Assembly: GCA_963740355.1 (NCBI GenBank)
Contig: CAVUDW010000003.1
Location: forward strand, 1,312,001-1,376,000
Origin: an uncultured Gemmatimonadaceae bacterium
GTDB lineage: Bacteria; Gemmatimonadota; Gemmatimonadetes; Gemmatimonadales; Gemmatimonadaceae
Direction: 5' to 3'
DNA length: 64,000 bases
Position 1 is the first letter of the stretch. Each line of letters starts with the position of its first letter. Positions 40,536 to 50,857 of the stretch are shown here, piece after piece. Both the position numbers and the translations under genes were made by a program. The notes under the pieces were generated by a model, which searched no databases, had not been told where the DNA came from, and worked only from the letters and a program-made list of their open reading frames with translations.

Positions 40536-43451
40536 CTAGAACTCGATCACGGCGCCAAGCTGCAGGCGACGCGCATCGGATGCCACACAGCTCGCCTTGC
40601 CGAGGTTCGCGTTCACTTCAGGCGTCGGTGGGATGAAACCTTCCCAACAGGCGAGGTTCGCGAAGTTGAAGGCGTTGAACAGGTCGGCCGTGACAGCGAA
40701 CCGGCTCAGCGTGCCGCGACCAGCGAGATCCTTGCGGAGGCGCATGTCCACGTTGCGATAGCCCCAGATGTTCCCCGGAACCACGAAGCTCTTCTTCGGC
40801 GGACGACCGCTGTTGAGCAGAATCTTGCCCTGCCCTGGGCCGAAGCCGGCGCTGAAGTCGTAGATGTTGTACGGGTCGCCAGAGTGCAAACGAAGCACGC
40901 CGGAGTACTGGATGCCCCAGAGGTACGGGATGTCGAGGATCCAGTTCGCCACCAGCAGGTTCGGCACGTCGATGCTGGTCGGGAACTTCGGATACGAATT
41001 CGCATCCTTGTAGTCGAGCGAGAACAGGTCGCCGCCGCGCTGGCGTCCCTGTGCATGCGTGTAGGCGACACCTACACCCCAGTTGAACTTGTCGCGACCG
41101 GCAAAGAAGTACGGCCGGTCGATCTGCAGCATCAGCGCCTGGTACCAGCTGCGCGGATTGTTGTCCGACAGCAGGACATTGCTGTAGTTGGCCGAGTTGT
41201 CGGAGCAGCAGGTGCCGTTCGCGTTGCGATTGCCGAAGATGTACGTGAAGCCGTTCTTGCTTGCGACGTTGGTGTAGGTCGCGGCCACACGCCAATCGCC
41301 AAGCACCTGCCGGATGCCGCCGCTGAACTGCGTGGACACGGGTGGCTTGGTGTCGTTGCGGATCAGGAACACTTCCGGCTGTGGTGCCAGCCCCGAAGCG
41401 ATCAGGCCATCGAGGCCTGCGATGCTCTGGTAGCTCGGGTCCCACTTGATCGTCGGGCGACCATCGCGCGGTGCGCCGTCAGCCGAGAACTGGAAGTTCC
41501 GCTGGGCGTACTGGAGGCGGAACCGCTCGTCGAGACCGTTGTTGAAGTTACTGCGGTCGTAGAACAGGCCGGCGCTACCGAAGACCGTCGTGTGCTGCGC
41601 TTCATCGAGTGCGTACGAGAAGCCGACGCGCGGCTGGAACGCGCCGAGGAAGTTCTTGCGCTTCGTGCCGTCGGTGAAGTAGACGCTCGGATCGAACCCG
41701 CGATTGCGGAGCACGCTGTCGAGATCAGCACGAACCTGTGCCGGCGTGACGTAGTTCTTGTCGAGCTGATTGGACTCGTAGTCCCAGCGAATGCCAAGGT
41801 TGAACGACAGCTTCTTGGTCGGGCTCCAGTCATCCTGGATGTAGGCGCCGACCTGATTGTTGCTGGCGGCGATATCCGGGCTGCCGGTGCCGTACTGCGC
41901 CGAGCGCGGGAAGGCGTAATTCTCGGCCGACGTGAACGTGAAGATCGGCGGGCGCGAGAACGGCTTGTTGGCGGAATAGTCGACGCGGTCGAAGTTTCCG
42001 CCCATCTTCAGCGTGTGCTCGCCACCGGCGCGCCAGCCCGTGTAGGTGTAGTCATGACGCACCGAGGCGCGTGACTGGATCCAGCTTTGGCCACCATTCT
42101 GGCCACCAAGGCGACCCACACCTTCGTAATTGAGACCGAGCTGATTGCGATTGTTCGGCGTCGGGTCCCAGTTCCAGCGCGACAGGTTGACCAGCGACTC
42201 GTGCAACTGCGAGCCCTCGGCCCAGCTGCGCTTGAGCACGAAGCCTTGCACCTTGTTGCGCACGTTCTCAGCCGACTCGATGCTGGTGGTGCCGCCGAAG
42301 CTGCGCACGTCCGTCTCGTAGCGACCGTTGTAGCTCAACTCGTAGTTCGTCTGCTCGTTGGCCACGAAGTTCAGCTTGGCCAGTACCAGGCTCTCGCGGA
42401 ACGGTGAGGTGTAGGAGCCGACATTGCTGTTGAAGCGCGAGGCGATATCTGCCGGCAGCGTGGCGGGCAGAGTGTTGAAGCCGACGTTGTTGGCGCGGTT
42501 CTGGTTGTTGCCTTCGTACGAGCCGAAGAAGAACAGCTTGTTCTTGATGATCGGGCCGCCAAGCGTGGCGCCGCCGAGGTATCGACGGTAATCCTGCAGC
42601 TTGAAGGTGGTCGGATTGGCTTGGCGATTGACACGCTGGAAGGTGTCGAGTGCCACGAAGCCATCGTTGACGTAGCTGCCGAACAGGCTGCCGTGCCACT
42701 GGTTCGAGCCGGACTTGGTGGTCGCCACGATGATGGCGCTGGACGCCTTCTGGTACTCGGCCTTGAAGTTCTGCGTGATGACGCGGAATTCCTGCACCGC
42801 GTTCTGCGGGAACGGGTTGCCGCGGCTGGCGTCCTGCCCTGCGATGCCTGAGCCAGTGATGTCATTCTTCTGGCTGGCACCATCGATGAAGACGTTGATC
42901 GAGCCGGCATCGAGCGCACCGGCGCGGAAGTTCTTGGTGGTGCCTTCTGCGCCTTCACCGGAGATGCGCACACCCGGGGCCAAACCGGCAAGCCCAAGGA
43001 AGTTGCGGTCGGTGGTCGGAAGGGCGTTGATCTGCGCCTGCGACACGTTGGTCGCCACTTCCGACGTGCGTGTCTCGATGCCGGCGCGGGATGCCGCCAC
43101 CGTGACAGTGCTCAGCTGAGCCGCAGCGTTGGTGAGTTGCAGGTCGAGCTGAATGACCTGTCCGATGCCGACCGTCTGCCGACGCGTCTGCGGCTGCAGG
43201 CCGACTCGACGCACGGCGACGGTGTACTCACCGGGCACGAGTCCAGTGAGGATATAGAAGCCGCGATCATTGGCCGCGTTGGTGCGGGCGGCGCCATTTG
43301 CGACGTTGGTGGCAGTGACGGTGGCACCCGTCGCTGGCTGCCCGTCGGACGTCGTGACGTAGCCTCGAATCGAGCCAGTGGTGGTTTGCGCGTCGACACG
43401 CGACGTGAGTGCTGCGAATGCGGCGACGCCAAGTATCAGCGACCGCCTCAT
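40536..43451 (-). CDS. TonB-dependent receptor (Oar-like, N-terminal carboxypeptidase-regulatory-like domain)
   Basis: TTGSIRG, AVQEFRVIT, LGGPIIKNKLFFFGSYE, YIQDDW, C-terminal QLGAVIEF. Confidence 0.92.
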   Translation of the reverse strand: MRRSLILGVAAFAALTSRVDAQTTTGSIRGYVTTSDGQPATGATVTATNVANGAARTNAANDRGFYILTGLVPGEYTVAVRRVGLQPQTRRQTVGIGQVIQLDLQLTNAAAQLSTVTVAASRAGIETRTSEVATNVSQAQINALPTTDRNFLGLAGLAPGVRISGEGAEGTTKNFRAGALDAGSINVFIDGASQKNDITGSGIAGQDASRGNPFPQNAVQEFRVITQNFKAEYQKASSAIIVATTKSGSNQWHGSLFGSYVNDGFVALDTFQRVNRQANPTTFKLQDYRRYLGGATLGGPIIKNKLFFFGSYEGNNQNRANNVGFNTLPATLPADIASRFNSNVGSYTSPFRESLVLAKLNFVANEQTNYELSYNGRYETDVRSFGGTTSIESAENVRNKVQGFVLKRSWAEGSQLHESLVNLSRWNWDPTPNNRNQLGLNYEGVGRLGGQNGGQSWIQSRASVRHDYTYTGWRAGGEHTLKMGGNFDRVDYSANKPFSRPPIFTFTSAENYAFPRSAQYGTGSPDIAASNNQVGAYIQDDWSPTKKLSFNLGIRWDYESNQLDKNYVTPAQVRADLDSVLRNRGFDPSVYFTDGTKRKNFLGAFQPRVGFSYALDEAQHTTVFGSAGLFYDRSNFNNGLDERFRLQYAQRNFQFSADGAPRDGRPTIKWDPSYQSIAGLDGLIASGLAPQPEVFLIRNDTKPPVSTQFSGGIRQVLGDWRVAATYTNVASKNGFTYIFGNRNANGTCCSDNSANYSNVLLSDNNPRSWYQALMLQIDRPYFFAGRDKFNWGVGVAYTHAQGRQRGGDLFSLDYKDANSYPKFPTSIDVPNLLVANWILDIPYLWGIQYSGVLRLHSGDPYNIYDFSAGFGPGQGKILLNSGRPPKKSFVVPGNIWGYRNVDMRLRKDLAGRGTLSRFAVTADLFNAFNFANLACWEGFIPPTPEVNANLGKASCVASDARRLQLGAVIEF

Positions 43452-43973
43452 CCGGTTTCCGAACATTTCTGGACTCATGTGATCTATCTCCGAGTATTTT
43501 TCCGGGGCACTTCCCTGCGCTGTGACGCTGCGAGGAAAGGCATGAATGCGTGACGCGGGGATCGCGTTTCGTGAGTCTCGCGCGCGATCGCCACCAGGAA
43601 CGAGGTGGAACGCGTCAGCGGGAAGCTTTTTGCCGGGCAATCATCCCGTCAAGTCTTTTGCTCACAGATGCGACAAATACGTCACGTAACGATGAAGTCG
43701 GCTGGAAGCGCGTCACTGATACATCACGCGTCACGTCACGCCATCGCTCGACCAACAATACATCACGGACACGAAGCACGCGGTGGCGCTGCGGTCGGGG
43801 CTGCCACGCGCTGTTGACGCACCGCGAACACAATGGGAATCTGAAGGCACCAGCGCCGTTCATATGTGGTGGATGCGTGGGGTGGATGCGTCTCCACCCG
43901 CCGTTGGTGACAATCGAACACTCCTGCAGTCGATCCCGCAGTCCATCCAGTCGAAGCGCTGGAGGAGCGTGGC

Positions 43974-45623
43974 ATGCGAGTCACGAAGACGAACGCCGCA
44001 GACACATTTCGTGTGAAGGCGTATGCTGGAGCCACCGGCGTCTTGCTTGCGATGGACCTTGCCAGGTGCCGACGGTCGGGCCTGCTCGGCTTTGCGATCG
44101 AGAAGCGGAAGAAGGGCACCTCATCGTGGAGCTGGTTGCTCAGCAGCCTGACCTTCCCCGGGCTCGATCACACGCTGCCGCAGTGGAATGCCACGCCGAG
44201 CAACCTGGCACCGATCCAGAAATTCCGCTGGGCCGACTACAGCGTCGATTCAGGTGTGACGTACAGCTACCGGGTGCATCTCGTGCGCGGGACACCGGCC
44301 GCGCCAACGCTCGAGGAGTCGCTGAGTGTCGATGTGACGACCGACACCGGTGCGGCATCGGGTCAGGAGGTGCGTTTCAATCGCGCGGTGGCCGCCAGTC
44401 AGGCGTTCGGGCGGAAGTTCCCCGATCTCGACGCGCTGCTGAGCAAGAACAAGCAACTACCGATCGAGAAGTGGCCCGAGGCGCCTCGCAATTGGTTGCA
44501 GCGCGGGCTGCTCGATCTGATCCTCAAATTCATCGCCTGTGCCAAGGACGGTCGCTGGGCCTTGGATGTCGCGATCTACGAGTACGAACTGGCGGCGATC
44601 ACCAGCGCCGTGGTCGCCGCCCATCGCCGTGGGGTGAAGGTGCGGGTGCTCTACCACGCGAAAGCGAGCGATCAGCAAACCGAGATCAACGAGGGCAACC
44701 TGGCGCGAATCCCGAAGGCGAAGAAGAAGGGTCGCGTTACGAGCAAGATCTTCCACGACAAGTTCATCGTGTTGAGCAAGGTGAAGGCGAACGGAGACCT
44801 GACGCCGGTATCGGTCCTGTGCGGGAGCACGAACTTCACCGAGAATGGGGTCTATCGTCAGGCCAACGTGGTCCATGTCGTGGACACGACGTCGGTTGCC
44901 AAGCAGTATGCCACGCTGTTCGAGGAGATCTGGGCGACGCCGGACGATGTTGGTGCTACCCGCGAGTGGATCACGACCAACAACGAGATCGATCCGGCGT
45001 CGAAGTATTTCGTTGGATTCTCGCCACGCTCAGGGAAGACCGATCTCGACGAGTTCGCCCGGATCATCGCGGCGGCTGATCGTGACGTGTTGTTCGCCAC
45101 TGCCTTTGCGCTGTACGAGCCGATCCTCGATGCCCTGCTCGGTGGCGCCAACGATGATGTGGTGCGCTTCGGCATCCAGAACACGAAGAGCAGGATCACC
45201 GGCTTTCACGCCGACCGCACGGCGGAGTTCACGGCGGTCGCCTTCCTCAACAACGGCCTCGAAGGCTGGGTGAAGGAGGGGCTGCGTCAGCAACGCGGCA
45301 ATCTCAGCATCCACCTGAAGGCCGTGGTCGCGAACTTCACCTCCGACGACCCCACGATCATCAGCGGCAGCCACAACCTGAGTGTGTCGGCCAGCAACGG
45401 CAATGACGAGAACTACCTGATCATCCGTGGCGACACGAACCTGGCGGATCGTTACGGGCTCGAGATCCTGCGGTTCTACGAGCACTACCGGTTCCGGTAT
45501 TACGCGAAGCTTTTGGCGTTGAAGAAGGTGAAGCCGTTGTCGCCAGACGATTCGTGGACGGAGCCGTACTACCAGGATGGGAATGTGAAGGCGTTGGCTC
45601 GGGTGCGGTTCGTGGGGCGGTAG
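43974..45623 (+). CDS. Phospholipase D superfamily protein with two HxK motifs
   Basis: HDKFIVL..GSTNFT and HLKAVVAN..GSHNLS..NDEN, APIQKFRWADY N-domain, GGAGG RBS. Confidence 0.88.
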   Translation: MRVTKTNAADTFRVKAYAGATGVLLAMDLARCRRSGLLGFAIEKRKKGTSSWSWLLSSLTFPGLDHTLPQWNATPSNLAPIQKFRWADYSVDSGVTYSYRVHLVRGTPAAPTLEESLSVDVTTDTGAASGQEVRFNRAVAASQAFGRKFPDLDALLSKNKQLPIEKWPEAPRNWLQRGLLDLILKFIACAKDGRWALDVAIYEYELAAITSAVVAAHRRGVKVRVLYHAKASDQQTEINEGNLARIPKAKKKGRVTSKIFHDKFIVLSKVKANGDLTPVSVLCGSTNFTENGVYRQANVVHVVDTTSVAKQYATLFEEIWATPDDVGATREWITTNNEIDPASKYFVGFSPRSGKTDLDEFARIIAAADRDVLFATAFALYEPILDALLGGANDDVVRFGIQNTKSRITGFHADRTAEFTAVAFLNNGLEGWVKEGLRQQRGNLSIHLKAVVANFTSDDPTIISGSHNLSVSASNGNDENYLIIRGDTNLADRYGLEILRFYEHYRFRYYAKLLALKKVKPLSPDDSWTEPYYQDGNVKALARVRFVGR

Positions 45624-45676
45624 TTCTGGCTGGTGGCTCGCGTGGGCGGCGTTCGGTGCGCACGCGAGCATTCAAA

Positions 45677-45716
45677 CTGCAATGAGGGGGAGGCCACGGA
45701 GCTCACGGAGTGCTCG
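45677..45716. repeat. Single family B repeat arm
   Basis: GCAATGAGGGGGAGGCCACGGAGCTCACGGAGTGCTC, near identical to 20526-20562. Confidence 0.85.
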
Positions 45717-45770
45717 AGGGGCAGCCACTGGCTGACGCCCCATCATCGATGGAGGCGAAGGCAGGGCGAT

Positions 45771-45933
45771 ATCCGGTGACAGTGCACTCATTGACGATGG
45801 CGCAATTGCAACGAGGGCGAGGCGCATCAGTCGGCGCCTCGCCCTCGTGTTTTTAGGAAAATCGGTGACAGTGCACTCTTTGCCGCTTTTTGCAAAGAGT
45901 GCACTGTCACCGGATTTCCCCACCGGATTTCCC
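45771..45933. repeat. REP-like GGTGACAGTGCACTC cluster (family C)
   Basis: Two direct copies (45775, 45864) and one inverted copy (to 45911), an intervening hairpin at 45811-45848, and duplicated CACCGGATTTCCC. Confidence 0.8.
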
Positions 45934-46937
45934 TACTTGATGGCTGCCTCGTGCTTGTGCAGGAAGTCGCGGACCGCCGTGATGTACGCGGTGCGGTTGT
46001 CCCACATGGAGAGGTGGGCGGCGTTGGGGATCTCGACGAACTCCGAGCCGGGCGTCATCGACTGGAAGGTGCGGGCGGCACTGGGTGAGGTCTCGTCGTC
46101 GGCGCCGGCCATCCAGAGGATGGGGAGCTTGAGCTCCTTGAGGCGCGGCGTGCCGTCGTAGTCCTTGAAGCTGCCGACCACGGTGAACTCGGTCGGACCG
46201 TTCATGGTGTTGTAGACCTGCGAGCCGATGTACTTGAAGGTGCTTTCCACGTCGGCCGGCAGCGGCTTGGTGTGGATGACGTGCCGGTCGTAGAACACCT
46301 GGCTGGCCGCGACGTAGTCCGGGGCGGTAGTGGTGCCCTTCTTCTCGTTGGTGCGGATCGCCTTGATCAGCGAGTCGGGGAGCATGGCGATCATGCTGTC
46401 CACGTCGTGGCGGAACCGGACGATGCTGATGGCTGGCCCCGACATCACGACACTGTGCACGCCCTCCGGCTTGGTGAGCAGGTACTCGTGCGCGAGCAGC
46501 GTGCCCCACGAGTTGCCGAGGAGGTGGATCTCCTTGTAGCCGAGTGCGGCGCGCACCGCCTGGACCTCCTGCACGAAGCGCGGGATCGTCCAGAGCGTGG
46601 TGTCGTTCGGGTGGTCCGAGCGTCCGCAGCCGAGTTGGTCGAAGAAGATGACCGGTCGTTCGTCGGCCAGGTCGGCGATCGGCGACATGTAATAGGACGG
46701 CATCCCGGGGCCGCCGTGGAGGGTGAGGAGCGGGATGCCGGGCTTGTTGGCGCCGACGATGCGGTACCAGACCTTGCCGCCGGGGACCTGGATGAAGCCT
46801 TCGCGGGTGGAGTCGGTTTGGGCCGTGACGGAGATCGTGGAGCTGGAGGCGGCGCTGTCCGGAGCGGGCTTGGGGGCGTCATTGGCGCAGGCGAGGAGCG
46901 TGGCGGAAGAGAGGACGACGACTAGCACTGCGCGCAT
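45933..46937 (-). CDS. Proline iminopeptidase-family alpha/beta hydrolase lipoprotein
   Basis: Lipobox LLAC, HGGPG, DQLGCGRS, GNSWG, MNGPTEF, AAHL. Confidence 0.9.
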   Translation of the reverse strand: MRAVLVVVLSSATLLACANDAPKPAPDSAASSSTISVTAQTDSTREGFIQVPGGKVWYRIVGANKPGIPLLTLHGGPGMPSYYMSPIADLADERPVIFFDQLGCGRSDHPNDTTLWTIPRFVQEVQAVRAALGYKEIHLLGNSWGTLLAHEYLLTKPEGVHSVVMSGPAISIVRFRHDVDSMIAMLPDSLIKAIRTNEKKGTTTAPDYVAASQVFYDRHVIHTKPLPADVESTFKYIGSQVYNTMNGPTEFTVVGSFKDYDGTPRLKELKLPILWMAGADDETSPSAARTFQSMTPGSEFVEIPNAAHLSMWDNRTAYITAVRDFLHKHEAAIK

Positions 46938-47156
46938 GCGGGCTCCGAACAGTTGAGGAAAGAAGAGAGCAAAAATATCACACGTGGAATCGTCAACCGC
47001 GTACTTGCGCACTCAGTTCCTGGCGAAAACCGGCATGCGTCCATTCCCTGCCAATCACGGACAATGGTGGCTTCTTGTTCCTGGGTTACCCTGGTGGCCA
47101 CCACAGCCAAGCGTCACATTGCCAACGGGGACCACTGGATTTGCAATGGTGACACT

Positions 47157-49085
47157 ATGACCGACGATAGCGTGCGATACGGCTGGCAATCCGACTTCAA
47201 CGAATTTGAAGAGACGCCACCGATGGTGATACGGGAGCGCCTTGCGGAATTCGTCACGGATGCCTCGCCTGAGCAGAAGCGAGCGTGGGCAAGCTCGATC
47301 CCGCCTCTGCAAGGAGAGGTCAAAAAGTCGATCGTCCGCGACACAATCGCAGGCAAGTATTCAGCGATTCTCGAATACATGCTACCGATGGAATCGCGGC
47401 GGCCAGACGTCTTGTTGCTGATCGGCGCGCGCGTGATGGTTGTGGAGTTGAAAGGAAAGCTTTGGCCGTCTCAGTCAGACCTCGACCAAGTGGCGGCATA
47501 TGCGCGCGACCTGCGCAACTATCACCGCGAGTGCGCAGGTCGAGAAGTCGTCCCGGTCTTGGTGCCAACGAGGGCCGGCGGCTATCAACAGATGCTCGAT
47601 GGCGTCCATATCACGGGACCAGACGGGCTGAACGATCTCGTCGCTCGGCTGACGACCGATTCGCCGCTACCCGCGATCGACCGCAGCGCTTTCCTATCCG
47701 AGGACGCTTACTGCCCGCTTCCAACGCTAGTGCAAGCAGCCCGTGAACTGTTTTTCGATGGGACGCTGCGGACGATTCATCAGGCCCGAATGGCAACGCA
47801 ACCTGCCATAGAAGAGATCAGCCGGATCGTGCACCAGGCAGCGTTGACCAAATCTCGTCACCTCATATTGCTCACAGGTGTACCCGGAGCAGGTAAGACA
47901 CTTGTCGGGCTGCAGACGGTGCACGCGAAGTATCTCGACGATCTCGCCGTTGAGCGCAATGGAGTCAAGTCAAACACTCCGGCGGTATTTCTGAGCGGGA
48001 ATGGCCCTCTCGTCGAGGTGCTGCAGTATGAGATGCGCGGCGCCGGCGGTGACGGCAAGACGTTCGTTCGCGGCGTCAAGGAGTATGTGAAGCGCTACTC
48101 CTCGAAGCGGTCCCTCGTCCCGCCTGAGCACGTTCTAGTCTTTGACGAGGCCCAACGCGCGTACGATGAAACGAAGATGCGGCAATCGCATGACAGCACG
48201 GACTCCAAGTCCGAGCCGCATGAGTTCATCGGCTTCGCGGACCGTATACCAGAATGGTGTGTGGTCGTCGGTCTCGTTGGCTCTGGCCAAGAGATTCATG
48301 TTGGCGAGGAAGCCGGTATCGGCCAGTGGCGTGACGCAGTCGCCGCGTCGGCTCGAGCGTCCGAATGGACAATTCATGCACCACCAAGCATAAGCGACCA
48401 ACTCGTCGGCAAGTCCGTGCTGATCGAGTCGAGGCCGACGTTGAATCTTGAGAAGGAGCTTCGCTTTCATCAGGTGAAGGAGTTGCACACATATGTGGCG
48501 GCTTTGCTCTCAGATGACCAGGCCGGCCCACTCCAGGAAATCGCGGCGCGGCTGAATAGGGAAGGCTACAACCTTCGACTCACCCGCGATTTGGATGTCG
48601 CGAAAGAGTATCTCCGGCAGCGCTACGACGGCGATCAGCAAGCACGCTTCGGGCTACTTGCGTCATCGAAGGACAAATCTCTTCCCAGATTCGGCGTGAA
48701 GAATGATTTTCAATCCACGAAGCGCGTGAAGTTCGGGCCCTGGTATGGAGAGCCAGAACATTCGGAGAGCGGCCGTAGTTGCCGATTGCTCGTCGATTGC
48801 GTGACCGAGTTCGGCGCGCAGGGGTTGGAGCTCGATGCCGCGCTGCTCGCTTGGGGTACCGACTTCCGTCGAGTGGCTGGACGCTGGTCGAACGCACTGT
48901 CTGGTAAGTACATGAAGGGATCCGTGGTGAGGGATCCGTTTCAGCTACGCCTAAACTCGTATCGCGTACTTCTGACGCGTGGGAGGGACGCAACGGTGAT
49001 CTACGTGCCGCCGATCACCGAGATGGACGAGACGTATGCCTACTTCGTTGGTGCGGGAATGCTTGAGCTTCGCATTGAGCACTAG
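47157..49085 (+). CDS. DUF2075-type DNA/RNA helicase with an N-terminal PD-(D/E)xK-like nuclease domain
   Basis: RRPDVLL..VVELKG, Walker A GVPGAGKT, FLSGNGPL, FDEAQR, QGLELD, YRVLLTRGR. Confidence 0.85.
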   Translation: MTDDSVRYGWQSDFNEFEETPPMVIRERLAEFVTDASPEQKRAWASSIPPLQGEVKKSIVRDTIAGKYSAILEYMLPMESRRPDVLLLIGARVMVVELKGKLWPSQSDLDQVAAYARDLRNYHRECAGREVVPVLVPTRAGGYQQMLDGVHITGPDGLNDLVARLTTDSPLPAIDRSAFLSEDAYCPLPTLVQAARELFFDGTLRTIHQARMATQPAIEEISRIVHQAALTKSRHLILLTGVPGAGKTLVGLQTVHAKYLDDLAVERNGVKSNTPAVFLSGNGPLVEVLQYEMRGAGGDGKTFVRGVKEYVKRYSSKRSLVPPEHVLVFDEAQRAYDETKMRQSHDSTDSKSEPHEFIGFADRIPEWCVVVGLVGSGQEIHVGEEAGIGQWRDAVAASARASEWTIHAPPSISDQLVGKSVLIESRPTLNLEKELRFHQVKELHTYVAALLSDDQAGPLQEIAARLNREGYNLRLTRDLDVAKEYLRQRYDGDQQARFGLLASSKDKSLPRFGVKNDFQSTKRVKFGPWYGEPEHSESGRSCRLLVDCVTEFGAQGLELDAALLAWGTDFRRVAGRWSNALSGKYMKGSVVRDPFQLRLNSYRVLLTRGRDATVIYVPPITEMDETYAYFVGAGMLELRIEH

Positions 49086-49144
49086 GCACAAGAAGGCATT
49101 TACCCTCACGATGCAGAAGCTCATATGAAACGTATTTCGTTCCT

Positions 49145-50694
49145 CTACAACGGACGGCCAACTCTTCGGTTCGGAAGTTTTTCCCTGAGGAACTCGTTGA
49201 ACGCCTCGGCAAGGAGTTCACGCCTTCTCGTCCAAAACTCCCCAGCTCTGTCTATCCGCCAGAGCCCACGATCGAGCGGTATGCACTGACTCTGCAAAAC
49301 ATCGCTAGCGATCTGGCCGAGATATATGTCAGGCGAAGCGGCACCGATCGCTCGGTTAACGTCGCTCGTGATGAATGCTATGTTTGCGACGGAGTCGCCG
49401 AACCTCGGTTCGCCTCAGCGAATTGCGCCCGAGGCAGAATATGATGACGCTCAACATTAGACTGGAGCAGTACCGACGCGGATGAGAAGAGATCTTTCAA
49501 TCCACGTTGTTTACAAGCAGCATACATTCCGACAAGCGCTCCCTTGTCATTGAGCGCGCCAGAAAAATCACTTGGAACGGCGTGGAAGGAACCTTCGTCG
49601 GATCGAATATTGGAGAGGAGCTTCCCAATTGGATCATCTGCGCGGCAAGCGCGTAAGTCCTGGTCTAGCGTAGATTCGGTCGACTTGCTGTAGCGATGCA
49701 GCAAGGAAGCCATCGCCAACCACCCAGCGATTGCCCGATTGTCGCGCTGCCGTGGTGCTAGCGTTGCACACAATGCAATTACGGGCACCAGGAGCGCGCC
49801 GCTCCAGAGGATGTCCATATTTATGAGTCCGAGTTCACTTCGAACAAGGCCAAGGGCCTCGTCTGTCGCCCTCTTCGTACGCGACCAAGAATCCACCAGA
49901 TCCTTGGGGCTAAGTTGGTGAAGTTCGAGTCGGCTACGGCCGTCTTTCTGCGCGACAAAACCACACGCGCGGAAGAGATGCATAATCGAAAGGCGTGAAT
50001 ACCCACTGCGACGCAAAGTCTGGAGGAAAGGTACAATCTCCTCTGCGATGAACCCAGAATGCCGTGCCGCGACCTTTGCGCTCTCGATATCTTCTCGTTT
50101 GAGCTTTACACCCAGCGTATTGATTCGGGTGAATGCTTCAACTGTTTCATCAAAGGAGTGGTCGACCATCCGAACAGCTGGGACTTCATAGTCAAGGATA
50201 GCGCGCAGCTTATCAAACCTTCCTTCTTTTCGCTCGCCGCGGGCGCCTTCCGGCAATGCTCGTCGAATAGAACGATAGGATGATTCTTCGAGTAATTCGC
50301 TTACTCGTACCCAAGCAGGATCTCGGCTGGTAGCAGCATTCGCGAGGCGAAACTCCTCATCATCGGCATTGAAGACGAGATCGATGCCTTCATCCCCATT
50401 CAGCGCGCGCGAGAGTGTGATTACACGTTGCTGTCCGTCGATCAGCCAAGAAACTGTTTGAGCGTGTGCTGGACGCGGTTCCTTTCTGCGCGCCCGGATC
50501 TCGCCCTCACCCGTCCAGAGCAGCAAAACGGAAACTGGGTAGCCACGGTAGATAGAATCGATAAGCTTGGGCGCCCGGCTCGGCTTCCATACGTATTCGC
50601 GCTGAAATTCTGGCACAACGAGTCGGCCAGTTCGATAGTCTTCTACAATTTGCCGAATCTTGATCTGCTGAATCTCAAGCCGCGCAGCGCACAT
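49145..50694 (-). pseudogene. GmrSD-like restriction protein (DUF262 plus HNH-like C-terminus), frameshifted near 49398
   Basis: PEFQREYVW, LIDGQQR, FTRIN. HHILP is followed in the shifted frame by DSVANIAFITSDVNRAIG..SQCIP..RRRELLAEAFNEFL, stop at 49145. Confidence 0.8.
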
Positions 50695-50857
50695 TTTGTC
50701 GCCTGTATCTTGTTCGTGAAGTCGCGAGTCGCTCAAGGAGCCTTTCTAGACAGTTTGCTGCGCCACCTTCACTTACTTCCTGCAATACGCGGGCAAAATC
50801 CGAAGCCTTTTAGACTCACCATTACCTCGGCAGTCTAGACTTTCGGAGAGGCATTGC

